From: an uncultured Planctomycetaceae bacterium
GTDB taxonomy: Bacteria; Planctomycetota; Planctomycetia; Planctomycetales; Planctomycetaceae
Assembly: GCA_963813715.1 (NCBI GenBank)
Contig: CAWFAK010000007.1
Location: 288,001 to 352,000 of the forward strand
DNA: 64,000 nucleotides
Direction of reading: 5' to 3'
Positions 42,675 to 54,455 of this stretch are shown in pieces. The notes beneath the pieces were generated by a model that was given only the letters and a program-made list of their open reading frames with translations, did not search any database and was not told the origin of the DNA. Made by a program: the position numbers and the translations under genes. Every line of letters starts with the position of its first letter. Positions within the stretch are counted from its first letter, which is position 1.

Positions 42675-44808
42675 CTACGGATGCCTTGCGTGGGCCGCGT
42701 CGCCCATGATGTGCGCTCGAATGATCTCGATCTTAAAGCTGCGCAGGAGCGGGCCGGGAAGCATTTTGTCAGCGTTCACGATCGTCCCATCCGGTCCGAC
42801 TAGCAAATAGCTCGGGAAGGAGTTGACGCCGCACTCGTGAAGGTAAGCATTCAACGTGCGGCCGTCCGCCTGGTCGATGGCGATCGGCACGGCCATCGAG
42901 GAGGACTCGACATATTTGCGAATCGCGTCCGGCTCGACCGAATTGTCGTGCACGCCGATCACCGTCAACCCGTGGTCCTTGTAGAGTTCGTAGGCGAGTC
43001 GCACCGACGGATAGTCTTGGTGACAGAAGTGGCACCACGTCGTCCAAAAATCGAGCAACACATATCGGCCGCGGAAATCGGCCAGTTTTCCGGTGCCCTG
43101 CGGCACGTTGAGCCATAACCGGCAATCGAGCTCCGGAGCCAGTCCGGCGTGGATCGAGCTATGGGCGAGGCCGCCAGTCGAACCCTTGGCTTCCCAATCG
43201 CGCCACTCTTTGGCGACTTCGTCCAACTGCCGTTCGTAGGGCTCGGGTTCGAGCTTAAGCGTGATGTTCGTCAGGCTCTCGGGCCGATCGAGATGGACTT
43301 CCGTCCGCGCCCCGAGCGGCTCGTAAGCATGAAAGGCGACGACTGGATGGACGTAGACCCGTTTGCCATGCTCGCCCGTCGGCATCACTGACGGTTGCAA
43401 CTCGAAGCGGCCCTGCGCGTCCGTCAGCGTGGGATTTTCCCAGCGGAGCTGAGGACCGCGGAACCGCACGACTGTGTGGGAGGCCGGACGCCCTTCGGGC
43501 CCGACCACGCGCCCGCTCACTTTCGGCGTGGGATGCAAGCGGATGTTGCGGACACTGGCCGGCCCCGGAGCCTTGATCGAAACCTGGATCCATTGAGGGT
43601 CGCAGGTGAAATTGTCCTTGTAGCACGTGACCCGCGCCAGCCCGGTCGCCAGTTGCAGCGAGTACGTGCCGTCCTTGTCGGTCCTCTTGGAATCGGCGTA
43701 GACCCACTGCAGGGCGGACTTGCCGGCTGCGTCGGGAGCGCTCGTCCCCAGGACTTCGCCCACCACAACCTCGTCGGCCACCGGTTTGCCAGAGGGGTCT
43801 TCGAGCACGCGGCCCTGCGCGATGACTTTGCGATGCATCTTGAAGGTGTACGTGTCATTCGTTCCCGGCCCGATCGCAAAGCTCTCGTGGTGCGCATCGG
43901 CCGTCACTCGAGGCACGATCAAGTGCTCCTCGTGCGTCAACGTCAGCAAGCTGTAGTTGCCCGGTTCGACGGTCAGGCGGGCGACACCCTCTTTGTCGAA
44001 CGCCAGCGCGAAGTCGACGTACGTGGACGGCCGGCCGAACGGCACACGATCGAGCCGCAGCCTCGGCGGGGCGGTTGGAGGAATCTGGTCCGCCGGCTCG
44101 AGTCGCAGGGTGAGCTTTACGCCCGGACGCAGGACCGCGTCGACCTTGGTTTTCGGCTTCACGATCACGCCGCTCAGTTGCGCTTGCACGAAGTCGGGAT
44201 GTTCGACGACGAACGCGAGCGAGGCGTGTTGCGGCAACGCCGGCAGTTCCACGCGCCCGGCTTGATCGCTGGCGGGAACGTCCAGGTTGAACCGGGAGTC
44301 CTCGAATCGCCGCGATTCAAAGAAGAACGAGCCGTTCGCATCTTGCTGCTCGACCGACACGACGCGGGCGCCAGACACGGGCTTGCCGTCGGGAGTGCGC
44401 ACCAGGACAGCCAGCGTGCCGGGCCGGCTCAGCGAGATGTCCGCTGCGGTCAGATCGCCGTCTCTGCAACTTCACGAGACGATAAGCCCGCGCGAACCCG
44501 GGAGCCAGCACCGCGAAGACGTACGCCCGCACGGCCAGGTTCTCGAAGCCGTAGGCCCCATCCGCGCCGGTCTTGACGGTTCCCCGCCCCGTTTCCGGCT
44601 GGCCGCTGGCGTCCCGCGCGAACAGGCAAACTTCGGCCCCCGCCACCGCCTTGCCGTCGCTGTTCAGCACCCGTCCGGCTACTCGCCGCGTCGCCTGAGA
44701 ATCGTGGCCGCCGGCCCGTTGCCCCTGGGCGGCACACGGCCGCGAAAGGGCGAAAACCGTCAGAACGAGACCGATGCCGGCAACCAGCGCGATGCGGAGC
44801 GTCTGCAT
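42675..44808 (-). CDS. Secreted carboxypeptidase-regulatory-like repeat protein with C-terminal TlpA redoxin domain (apparent frameshift near 44460)
   Basis: Repeated GRV...GKPV.GA / TD..G.F units; LLDFWTTWCHFC. Confidence 0.85.
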
Positions 44809-45100
44809 GAAATGCGCCTTTCGCAAGAGACCGTCTCTGCCACGGCCGTCGGTCGAAATCCTGCCCCAAATGGAGTTGCGAGACAAGAATTTTCGTCTAC
44901 GAGACGCCCCGCCGGTGGCGTAAAAGCGAAACTCCTCCCGAGAGCCCCCGCAGAACGCCGCCGCGGCCGCTCGTGAATCTGGATTCGCCTCGCCGGGTGA
45001 ACGATAATCGCACGAGCGCTTCGCCGGTTTCGCCCGCCTTCAACCTCTCTTCGACTGCGGAACCCCCAGTTCGAGTGTTGCCCGTTCGACCGTCCCGGCG

Positions 45101-47637
45101 TTGATCGTTCTCAAGGACCGCAGTTTGACCAAACGTTCCCGCAAAGCGCCGCGCGTCGTCCCGCCGCCAGCCGTCGCCGAGCCTGTCCAAATTCCGGAAA
45201 TTCAGGGCGCAGCATCGGCCGCCTGGACGCGGCGTTGGCCCGGGTGGCTGACCCTGTGGGCCGGTTGGCTCGTGCCGCAATTGGTGCTCTTGGGCCCCGC
45301 CTTGATCGGTCGCACCGTCGATCTGCCGGTCGACCTGCTGACCACTCCCCATACGTACGTTCCCAATCCGTCCGAGTACGCGGGCGTTCTGCGGCACGGC
45401 CGCGAGCTGTTCGACATGGTTTTGCTCTATCCGGAGGCGCGCGAATTCTCCGCGAAGGAACTGCGGGCCGGGCGCTTGCCCCTGTGGCAGCCCGCGAACT
45501 TTGCGGGAGCGCCCTTTGCGTTTTGGCCCAAATACTCGCCGTTCGAGCTGCTTTACTACGCGGCGCCGTACCCGGTTACGCTGGCCTGGATGGCCATCGT
45601 GCAGGCGATCACGGTCGGACTGGGAATGTGGCTCTTGCTCTCGCGCTCGTTTCGGCTCGGTTACTGGCCCGCGGCTCTGGCGAGCTGGTGCGCGCCGCTG
45701 ACTGGCTACGTGACGGTCTGGCACGGATCACTCCCTTTGGGGCCCGTGCTCTGGTTGCCCTGGTCGCTCTGGGCAGTGCACAGCGCCGTGAAAAATCCTG
45801 CCGGACTGGGCGGATTGTGGGTGGCCCTGATCACAGGACTGATGTTGCTCACCGGCCATCCGGGCGTCGGCGGCCTCGTGCTGCTGACGACCGGGCTCTA
45901 TTTCGTTTGGATGCTGGCCGACGACTTCCTGTTTGGAGACCTTCCCGTCCGTCAGCATTGGCGACTCGCCGCATGGCGGGTGGCGGTTGTCGCCGCGGGC
46001 TGGTTGATCGGCTTCCTGATCGGCACACCTTATCTGCTCCCGCTCTTGGAATACGGCCGCACCGGCTATCGGATAAACGTCCGCTCGAGCGGGTACGAGG
46101 AGCGGCCGCCCGAAGGTCTCGAGGGAATCCCCGCCATCTTCTGGCCGGAAGTCAATGGCGACGAAACGCACGCAACGACGACGCGGATCACAGGCCGATC
46201 AAGCTTGATCGAGGGAGCATCCGCGGGATACGCGGGCCTGCTGGCCGCGCTGTGGCTGGCGCCGCTGGCCTGGCGTCATCGACGGCTGCGATCACTGACG
46301 GTCTTCCTCGCGCTTTTGACTCTTGTGTCCTTGGGCTGGACGCTCAACGTGCCGGGCATCATCCATCTGCTGGCGCCGGATGGATGCGCCCGCTGGCGTC
46401 TTTGTCGTTCAACCGCTGGGTCTTTGCCGCGGGCGACGCCATCTTAATCCTCGCCGCCATCGGGCTCGATTCGTTGCTCGCCAGCGTGCCGGAGTTTCGA
46501 TGGAGGTGGCGCTTCCCCCCGCTGCTCTGCGCCTGCTTTGGTTGTTGGTGCCTTTATCGATTCGTCACTCTGTCGCCCGTGCACACGCGGCAAGGATTCG
46601 CGACCGTCTTTTTGTTGGGGGCCGCCATGGCCTTGGCGGGGATCGCCGGCTGGGCAACCACGTTTTCCCGCCGACCGCGTATCGGCTGGCTGCGGATCGG
46701 CCTGATCGGACTGCTCCCTCTGGAGCTGTTTTGGTTCGCCTGGACCGAGCGGCGGCAAGCCGACATCTCGCTCAATTTTCCGCCCATTGCCGTGCTCGAC
46801 AAACTGACCACGCTGCCGCCGGGACGTACTTGGGGCATCGCCTCCTTCGAGCCGAATCTCAATCAGACCTTGGGCCTGGAGGACATTCGTGGCTACGACG
46901 GCGTCGACCCGGGAAATTTTATCAGCCTGTTCGAGCTGGCCGTGGATCGGAAACGGACGATGTTTTTCTTTTACGCGCGGACGCAAGTCGCGATTCCCGC
47001 CGCCGCGTACACCGATCAGGGATTGCGGCTGCATCCCGTCTCCGACCTGCTCAACGTCCGGTACCTGATCTATCGCAGCCGCCCGCCCGTGTCGCTGCCG
47101 GTCGTGCTGCACGAGGACGACTATTGGATTGCGGAAAACGTGCGGGCGCTCCCCCGGGCTTACGTGCCGCGTTCGGTCCGTGTCGTCCGGGACGACCACG
47201 AAGCACTTACCCAGATGGCTTCATATGACTTCGATCCCCGCCAGACCGCCTTCGTGTCCGATGATTTGCGGCTGCCTCCCAACATGCAGGGACTGGCGAG
47301 CGTCCAATACCCGAGCCCGTCGCGGGCCGAGATCGATGCGTCGATGCAAACCGACGGGCTGGTGCTCGTCTCCGACCTGTGGGATGGCGGCTGGCGCGCG
47401 GAACTCGACGGCGCGGAGTGTCCGATTTACCGCGTCGACATCGCGCTCCGCGGATTCCACGTGCCGGCGGGGAAACATCGCATCGTCTGCACGTACGAAC
47501 CGCTCAGTGTGTGGGCCGGCTTTCGGGCGGCGGCCGGCGGACTCTTGCTGCTCGTCCTGTGGGCGGTTTGGAAGCGCCGCACGAGCATTCAGAATCGCTT
47601 CGCGCGATTCGGTCGTGCCCGAGCACAGAATGCGTGA
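45101..47637 (+). CDS. YfhO-like polytopic membrane protein (GT-C type; apparent frameshift near 46375)
   Basis: GRLPLWQPANFAGAP, many TM helices, IRGYD, LPRAY, LVLVSD.W..GWRAELDG...LRG..VPAGKH C-terminal pattern. Confidence 0.8.
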
Positions 47638-47652
47638 ACGGCCGTCACTCGA

Positions 47653-48186
47653 TCAGGAATCGCCGTCGACGCCGACGACCGGGCTGCGTCGCTCCATCAA
47701 AATCGTGTCCCGCCAAACACCGCGGAGTCTGCCGATGCGCTCGCGTCGCCCGATCTCGCGGAAACCGCAAGCCTGTTGCAGCCGGAGGCTAGCGTCATTT
47801 TCCGCGAACGTGGCCCCCTGGAGCGTCCAAATGCCGCGCCGTTCCGACTCGGCAATCGCGGCCAGCAACAGTTCGCGACCAATACGTTGGCTGCGATGAT
47901 CGGCCGCAACATACACGCTGACTTCCGCGACGCCGGCATAGCAAGCACGCCGGGACACGGGACAGAGCGCAGCCCAGCCGACGATCCGAGCGTCCAGCCG
48001 CGCCACGAGGCGCGCGAACGGATGATGGGCGGCATCCCATTCGTCCCAAGTCGGCGGATCGACCTCGAACGTCGCCTGGCCGGAGGCAATGCCGTCGACA
48101 TAAATCGCCCGCACCAACTCCCAATCGGCCGGCGCCATCTCGGCGATCTCGAGGCTGGCAGAATGTTCCCGCACTCGATCTCTCAC
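47653..48186 (-). CDS. GNAT acetyltransferase (phosphinothricin/MddA-like)
   Basis: ATFE, VSRR.CY.GVAEVSVYV, N.ASLRL...GF, WRD. Confidence 0.9.
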   Translation of the reverse strand: MRDRVREHSASLEIAEMAPADWELVRAIYVDGIASGQATFEVDPPTWDEWDAAHHPFARLVARLDARIVGWAALCPVSRRACYAGVAEVSVYVAADHRSQRIGRELLLAAIAESERRGIWTLQGATFAENDASLRLQQACGFREIGRRERIGRLRGVWRDTILMERRSPVVGVDGDS

Positions 48187-48219
48187 ACGTCAGAGGGAGC
48201 CTCGTCCGCCCGCGATCCG

Positions 48220-49694
48220 TCAGAACTGCATATAGAGAACGGGGGGCGGTTCCTGCTGAAAGGCCCACTGAACGAAGAACATCCCGGCCACGAACGCGCA
48301 TTGGGCACAGAGAATCGTGGAGAGCAATCCGTTCCGCTCTCCCAGCCACCGACCCGCTCGCTCGAAAAACGAGCCCGCGGCGTCCGATTTCCAAAGCGCC
48401 GTCAACAGCACGGCCGCCGCGACGAGCACGAGCGCCGGTCCCTGCCACGAATACCTCGAGACGGCCGCGGGCAGATTCGCGAGACACGTGCCGAGCGCGC
48501 TGAGAATGCTCAGGGCATGATCGACGTCGTTGGCAAAAAAGAGCTGGCAGACGCAGACGTAATGCAGCGTGATGACGATCGCGACCAGCCGCACCGTCTT
48601 GTCTTTAAGGTAGGCGCGCAGTCGTTGATGGCCGATGGTTGCCCGCAGGACGTCGCCGTAAGCCCGCGTCGCCGCCGCTCCCAGGCCGTTGAGCACGCCG
48701 AACATCACAAAGGCGTCAGTCGTGCCGTGCCAGACGCCGGCGACGAAGAGCGCAAGAACAAGAGCGCGTAACTCCACGAGCGGGCTCCCCGCGGGAAGGC
48801 GGTGGCCGCCGCCTTATAGCTCGACATGAAGACGTAATCGCGAATCCAGTGCGTCAGCGTGATGTGCCAGCGGTCCCAAAAGTCCAAAACGTTGCGGGAG
48901 AGCCACGGCCGGTTGAAATTCTCCGGCAGCCGAAAGCCGAGCAGCCCGCCGGCGCCGATCACGATGTCCGTATACCCCGAAAAATTGAAATACAGGTAGA
49001 CGGGATAGGCGTAAAAGGCGATCAGCACGGACCCCAACGTCGGCGTCGTCCACAATCCGCCATAACTTTTGAGGGCCGTTTCGACGTAAGCCCCCAACAG
49101 GCCCACCTTGATCATTCCGGTCAGGATGCGGATCCAGTAAAGCAGGCTTTCGCGAGTCTCGCTCGGCTGCAGATCCATCTCCTCCCAGTATTTCAGGAAG
49201 TCGTTATAGCGCTGAATCGGGCCGGCCGTGATCGTGAAAAATGAAAGCTGGTAATTGAGATAGCGCCACAGATTGAACGGCGCCAATTGCCCCTGCCACT
49301 GGTCGATCAGCATGTGGATGAATTTGAAGGTCATGTAGGACAGGCCGACCAGCTCGGCCTTGTGCAGCCGCATGTCCAAGGCGAGCGGGAAGGGAATGAA
49401 GGCGGCCAACAACGTGTATCGCTTGACGTAGAGGTAGAGCAAGAGCACCAGCGACACCGCCGCCGTCACAATCCAGCCGCGACTTTGTGCCCGCACGAGT
49501 GCCAGGGCGCCGTAGGTTATCCCCAGGAAGAAGACAAACCAGATCCAACTGCGGAGGTCCGGCACGAGCGGGATGAGGAACATCAGGCTCACGCAGGCCA
49601 GCACGATTTGGCGCAAGCGTTTGCCGGGTGCCAGGTGAAAGACGATCACCGCCGCGCCGCAAAAGAACAGGAAACCCAGGGAGCAGACCGCCAT
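48220..49694 (-). CDS. MBOAT O-acyltransferase (AlgI/DltB-like; apparent frameshift near 48750)
   Basis: GLSYMTFK, AGPIQRY, YFNFSGYTD, ENFNRP, FWDRWHITL, GVWHG; C-terminal VLYMQF. Confidence 0.92.
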
Positions 49695-49703
49695 TGCGCG
49701 TTC

Positions 49704-49958
49704 TCAACCGGCTTGAAGTTTGCTTTCGATCAGCCGGACAAAGGAGCCGATATTCTGATCAGGCTCTTTCAATCGCGACATTTCCGCGGTCGCGAACTTG
49801 ATGCCCAAAGCCCGCTCGATAGCAATCAAGAGGTCGATGTGCGTCACCGAGTCCCAGCCCTCGACGTCGGCCGCAGTCATGTCGTCCCGCAGGACGATGG
49901 TCGGGTCGTCGAAGACTTGGCGAAAGATTTCCTGCAGCTCGGCACGAACGTCACGCAC
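49704..49958 (-). CDS. Acyl carrier protein
   Basis: 84 aa, acidic; GWDSVTH phosphopantetheine site. Confidence 0.9.
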   Translation of the reverse strand: MRDVRAELQEIFRQVFDDPTIVLRDDMTAADVEGWDSVTHIDLLIAIERALGIKFATAEMSRLKEPDQNIGSFVRLIESKLQAG

Positions 49959-51902
49959 GGGATTCGTCCCTCTCGATAAAGTGCGGCAGCGGAGCCGCGG
50001 CCGCCACGTCGAGTTCCCAAAAGGTCGACGCTCCGTCCGAACCGGCCGGCGAAAACCCGAGCTTCGCGTAATGGTCGGCGACGAGCCCGTTCTTGGCCGT
50101 CGGGATATAGGTCCCCAACAGACGATTGCATCCGGCGGCGCGGCACAAATCCACCAATTCGTTGCGGGCGAACTGCTCCACGCCCCGCTGCAGCACCCGG
50201 CAGCTCATGATCCAGGTGTCGATCGCCAGAGCGTCTGCTTGTTTTCGCAGGAGAATCACGCTGATCAGTCCGTTGTCGCCCAATTCGTCGCGGAGGCTGA
50301 ACGTTCGCGTCTGCCATTCGGAATTCTCGACCAGGCCGCGGACTTCCGACAGCGTGTAACGCCGCGTCGTCAGGTTGAACTGGTTCGACTTGTTGACCAG
50401 CTGCGTCGAGCGTTCGATGTTCAAGTCGTTGATCAGCTCAACCTTCATCTTCATGTGCAGCGAGGCGAGAAACGATTCCAGGTCGGTGCGCCGGCCGCCA
50501 GCTCCTTGCGCCGCGTGTTCTCGAAATAATAGCGGGCCCGGGCCGAATCCTCTTGCGTGAACGACGTCGTCTCAAAATAGCGATGACGGGCCACGCGCCG
50601 CGATGTAACCCGACGGATCCTCGGGCAAATCGGGCACCGCGACTTGCGGCACAAAGCGGCGGACGAGCGCCCGCTCGGCCGGATTGTCGTCGACAAACAC
50701 GATCGAATCGAGCCCCAGCTCCAGCTGGTCGGCGATGGTGCGGAGGTTGTCCGCCTTGTTGTTCCAATTGGCGACGAACGCCGAGATGTCGGCCAGGTGC
50801 AGTACCATGTCGGCCCGCTTCTCGAAGGGCTCGCGCGCCTTCTCAGGATCGTTCTTGGAACATACAGCCAGCACGATGCCTCGCTGCGAAAGCTCCTTCG
50901 CGTAGCGCTGAAACGCGAGAAACGCTTCACCTTCGCCCGAGCCCTGCCCGAACTTGATGCCGCCGGGCCCCAGGTCGCCGACGACGCCGCCCCACAGCGT
51001 GTTGTCCAGATCGAGGGCCAGAACTTTCTTGCTGCGCCCCAGCATGGCTCTCAGCTGCGAGACGACGCTGTGGGCATAGCCGGGCAGGCACTCGGCCCCG
51101 CACGGCATTTTGAACTCGTGATAAAACCGCGGATCGAACCAGCCCGCCGCCCCCGCCTCGGCCGCGAGCGATTGAGATCGTGCATCACGACGAACGCGGG
51201 CGCCGCCTCGGCCAGCGAGCGATTGAGCCGGGCCAGATAATTTTCGCGGGCCGCCGGATGCCGCAGCGTGTAATGCCCCAGGATGCGATCAAACGGAATG
51301 TCGAAGTTGTTCTGGATCAGCGTCGCGTTCCAGCGGGAGCGGGCCGTCTCCCAAAGCTGCAGCCAATCGGACAGCTCCGTTTCGGCGAATTGCTCGACCG
51401 CGGCCGCGTCGGCTTCGAGCGGCGGCACGCGGGTGAGATCGCGAGCTCCCGTCGCCACAAAGACGATTTCCGGTCCGAACTGATCTAGTCCCGAGCCGGG
51501 CGTCAAAATCTCCTGGCGAAAGAGCCCGTACTCGGCTTCGTAGATCTCGGCCGCGATCCCCTCGTGCGCGAGAAAGAGTTCGATCAGTTGACGCAGCTGA
51601 ATCGTCGTCGGGCCGCCCAAAATCGCCAGTCGAACGACTCGACCGGTGCTCGTGCCCGCGTTCGTCGCCGCGCCCGTCCCCGCGTTCGGCCCGTTCACGT
51701 AGCGCCGCAGCTTCATCAGCGACGAGTAATCCAGCAAGGGGCTCACGGCGCGGGCTGCCCAGCCACGCGCCGCGTCGGGATCTTCCTGCTGACTGACGGC
51801 TTTGAGGGCCCCGACGAAATCAGCGAAACGCGGCCGGCGAGCCGGCGCGTCGAGCTGCAAATACGAGTGAAGCGTTTCCTGATCGTGCTGCGAGGCGGTC
51901 AA
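49951..51902 (-). CDS. FkbH-like HAD-IIIC glyceryl transferase/phosphatase (several apparent frameshifts)
   Basis: LALDLDNTLWGG, VCSKND, NWNNK, FVDDNPAE, KSNQFNLTTRRY, MSCRV across four partial ORFs. Confidence 0.9.
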
Positions 51903-52147
51903 CGGGGACGTTCCAGCGTTGTCGACTTGGCAAGCCCGCGACGAACGGATGGGGGTCAGCGCGACAGAATCTTGCCGGATGGGAGCTCAGAATCGATCCT
52001 AAGCCGGCGAAATGGCAAGGTCAATCGCCGCGCCCGAGGACTAACTCGTGTCGCCCGGTGCGTTCCAGCAAGTAATTGGCGAGCGAGATCTCCCGTTAGC
52101 GCATCCTGCCGGATTGGCTACAGTTTGCCCCCGCAACGGAGGCGGCC

Positions 52148-53275
52148 GTGCTCGCGTCATCTTATGTTCGGCGGATGCCCTGGTTCGTCCTGATTTGGGC
52201 CTGCGCCCTCTCGGCGATGGGCTTGGCGGCAATTGCCCGCGGCGACGAACTGGCCGGCGGTGGACAGCTCTGGTCGCGGCAGTTGGAGTGGATTCTGCTC
52301 TCGGCCTGTGCGCTCTTCGCGGCCACGCTGCCACACTATCGGCTGCTTCGGCACGTTTGCTATCCGCTTTTTGGCGGTTGCCTGGTCCTGCTCGTCGCCG
52401 TCTTTCTGACGCAACCCCGCAACGGTGCGCAGCGTTGGATCCCGTTCGGGCCGATCGCCTTTCAGCCGTCGGAGCTGACGAAGCTGGCCTTCATCGTGGC
52501 GCTCGCCGCTTACCTGGTCCATCAGCGCAGCTACCGCGAGTTGAAGGGGCTGCTCGTGCCGTTCGTGATCGCCCTGGTGCCGGTCGGCCTGATCCTCCGC
52601 GAGCCCGACCTGGGAACGTCGCTGGTCTTTTTGCCGGTGCTCTTTGCCATGCTGTTTGCAGCCGGAGCCCGCGTGCGGCACCTGGTCTTCGTCGTGCTCT
52701 TGGCCATTCCCGTCCTGCCGATGATGTGGATGGGAATGAGCGCCGAGCAGAAGTCGCGAATCGTGACATTGTTCGTGCAGCGCGACGGCGGCCCGGCCCC
52801 CACCGGCGACGGGTATCACCTGCACCAGTCCAAGCAGGTGATCTCGCTCGGCGGCGTGCGTGGCAGCCAATTCAACGGCGCGACGATCGACGATCCGCAA
52901 GCCTATCACCTGCCCGCATCGCGGACCGATTTTGTCTATTGCCTGGTCGGCGAACGGTTCGGATTGATCGGCTCGTGCACGACGTTGCTGCTCTACTTGG
53001 CGCTGTTCGCGGCCGGACTGCGGATCGCCGCTGGCACGCGCGAACCGTTTGGACGCTTGCTGGCCGTCGGTGTGATTACGTTGATCGCCACGCAGACGAT
53101 CATCAACACCGGCATGACCGTCGGCCTGATGCCGGTCACCGGGATCACGCTGCCACTCATCAGCCACGGCGGCTCGAGCCTGATTACCACGGCCGTCGCC
53201 CTGGGCCTCTTGCTCAACGTGGGCCTGCGGCCGGGTTACGAAGTGGCCGGCGCGCCGTTTCGATTTGCCGAGTGA
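52148..53275 (+). CDS. SEDS family peptidoglycan polymerase (FtsW/RodA/SpoVE)
   Basis: GAQRWI, FQPSE, EPDLGT, GYH, TDF, GLMPVTGITLPLISHGGSS. Confidence 0.92.
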   Translation: MLASSYVRRMPWFVLIWACALSAMGLAAIARGDELAGGGQLWSRQLEWILLSACALFAATLPHYRLLRHVCYPLFGGCLVLLVAVFLTQPRNGAQRWIPFGPIAFQPSELTKLAFIVALAAYLVHQRSYRELKGLLVPFVIALVPVGLILREPDLGTSLVFLPVLFAMLFAAGARVRHLVFVVLLAIPVLPMMWMGMSAEQKSRIVTLFVQRDGGPAPTGDGYHLHQSKQVISLGGVRGSQFNGATIDDPQAYHLPASRTDFVYCLVGERFGLIGSCTTLLLYLALFAAGLRIAAGTREPFGRLLAVGVITLIATQTIINTGMTVGLMPVTGITLPLISHGGSSLITTAVALGLLLNVGLRPGYEVAGAPFRFAE

Positions 53276-53297
53276 CTCACTTTGCCGAGTGAACCGA

Positions 53298-54455
53298 CTA
53301 GTCCGCGCCGGCCATCAAATCTGCCAGCGACTGGAGTAACCCAGTCGCGTCACCACGGTCCGCCTCCGCGAGCGCCATCTTCAAGAGCGCGATGTGCCGT
53401 TCGGTGAGCGGGATTAACGAGTCGGGCGGCGGGACACGGGGCACAAGTCTCTGCGAAATCGCCGCGACCAGCGCGTCGACGCCCGCGCCCGTCTTCGCAG
53501 AAACGCGAATCCACCTTTCAGTTTCATCTGGCTGCCAATGGTCGTCTCCTTCGTACACCGGAAGGTCGCACTTGTGAGCGACAACGATGGCCGGTCGATG
53601 CTCGGCGAGAATCGCTCGGTCGGCGGCCGAGGCGGGTTGGCTGATGTCGACCAGCACCACCGCCAAGTCGGCCGTCTCGAGCGTCTGCCGCGCCCGCTCG
53701 ATTCCCGCCGACTCCAGCGGATCGGCACTCGCCCGCAGGCCGGCGGTGTCGGAAACTTCGATCGGCCAACCGTCGATGGCCGTCTGCGCACTCACGACGT
53801 CGCGCGTCGTCCCGGGCTGATCGAAAACGACGCATCGCGTGTAACCTAAGATTGCGTTGATCAAGCTCGATTTGCCGACGTTCGGCCGTCCGGCCAGCAC
53901 CACGCTCCACGGCCGCGTGAGATGCAGACCGAAATCCTCCCACGCCAGCCACTCGCGGATGCGAGCAGCCGCGGCCGGAAGGTTGGCCGGCGCCGCGGTG
54001 ATGACATCTCGCACTGCTGATTCAAAAAGGCCGTTCGCCTGCTCCCACAGAATGGCCGCCGTTGGCAACGTCGTCGCGCGGCAAAGTTCGCCCATGATTT
54101 CCGCCCGCAGCGGTGATTCCGTCTGCTGCAAAAATTCGGGCCACGCGACCACCCGGCAACCGGCAGCGGCAAGATCCCGGAGGATCCGCCGGGAAGCCGC
54201 CTCGCCGCCATGACAATGGATCTCGAGCGTCGCGTCATCCAGTGCGCAGAGCACGATTTCTTCAGACGGTTCGCTCCCCCAATGACCAAAGACGATGCGG
54301 CCGACGGATTGCGAACTCAGCGGCCGTCCGTTCGCGGCCCGAAAGGGCCACACGTCGGCGACCGGACGCGACGCCCCAAGAAGCGACACGCGGATCGTGG
54401 CAATCGCGCCGCGTCCGATGGGGGTCAAGAGGGCGGCCAGCGGCGGGCCGTTCAC
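53298..54455 (-). CDS. MnmE/TrmE-like GTPase, shortened
   Basis: TP.GRGAIATIRV, EIHCHGG, GRPNVGKSS, GTTRD, DTAG, HKCD, SAK; GTG start overlaps the coaX stop. Confidence 0.85.
   Translation of the reverse strand: MNGPPLAALLTPIGRGAIATIRVSLLGASRPVADVWPFRAANGRPLSSQSVGRIVFGHWGSEPSEEIVLCALDDATLEIHCHGGEAASRRILRDLAAAGCRVVAWPEFLQQTESPLRAEIMGELCRATTLPTAAILWEQANGLFESAVRDVITAAPANLPAAAARIREWLAWEDFGLHLTRPWSVVLAGRPNVGKSSLINAILGYTRCVVFDQPGTTRDVVSAQTAIDGWPIEVSDTAGLRASADPLESAGIERARQTLETADLAVVLVDISQPASAADRAILAEHRPAIVVAHKCDLPVYEGDDHWQPDETERWIRVSAKTGAGVDALVAAISQRLVPRVPPPDSLIPLTERHIALLKMALAEADRGDATGLLQSLADLMAGAD

Noticed and set aside
53264..53292. 12-bp repeat TTTGCCGAGTGA at the end of the SEDS gene as an attachment site
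   Set aside because: The copies are 5 bp apart and no integrase is nearby; a local micro-duplication.
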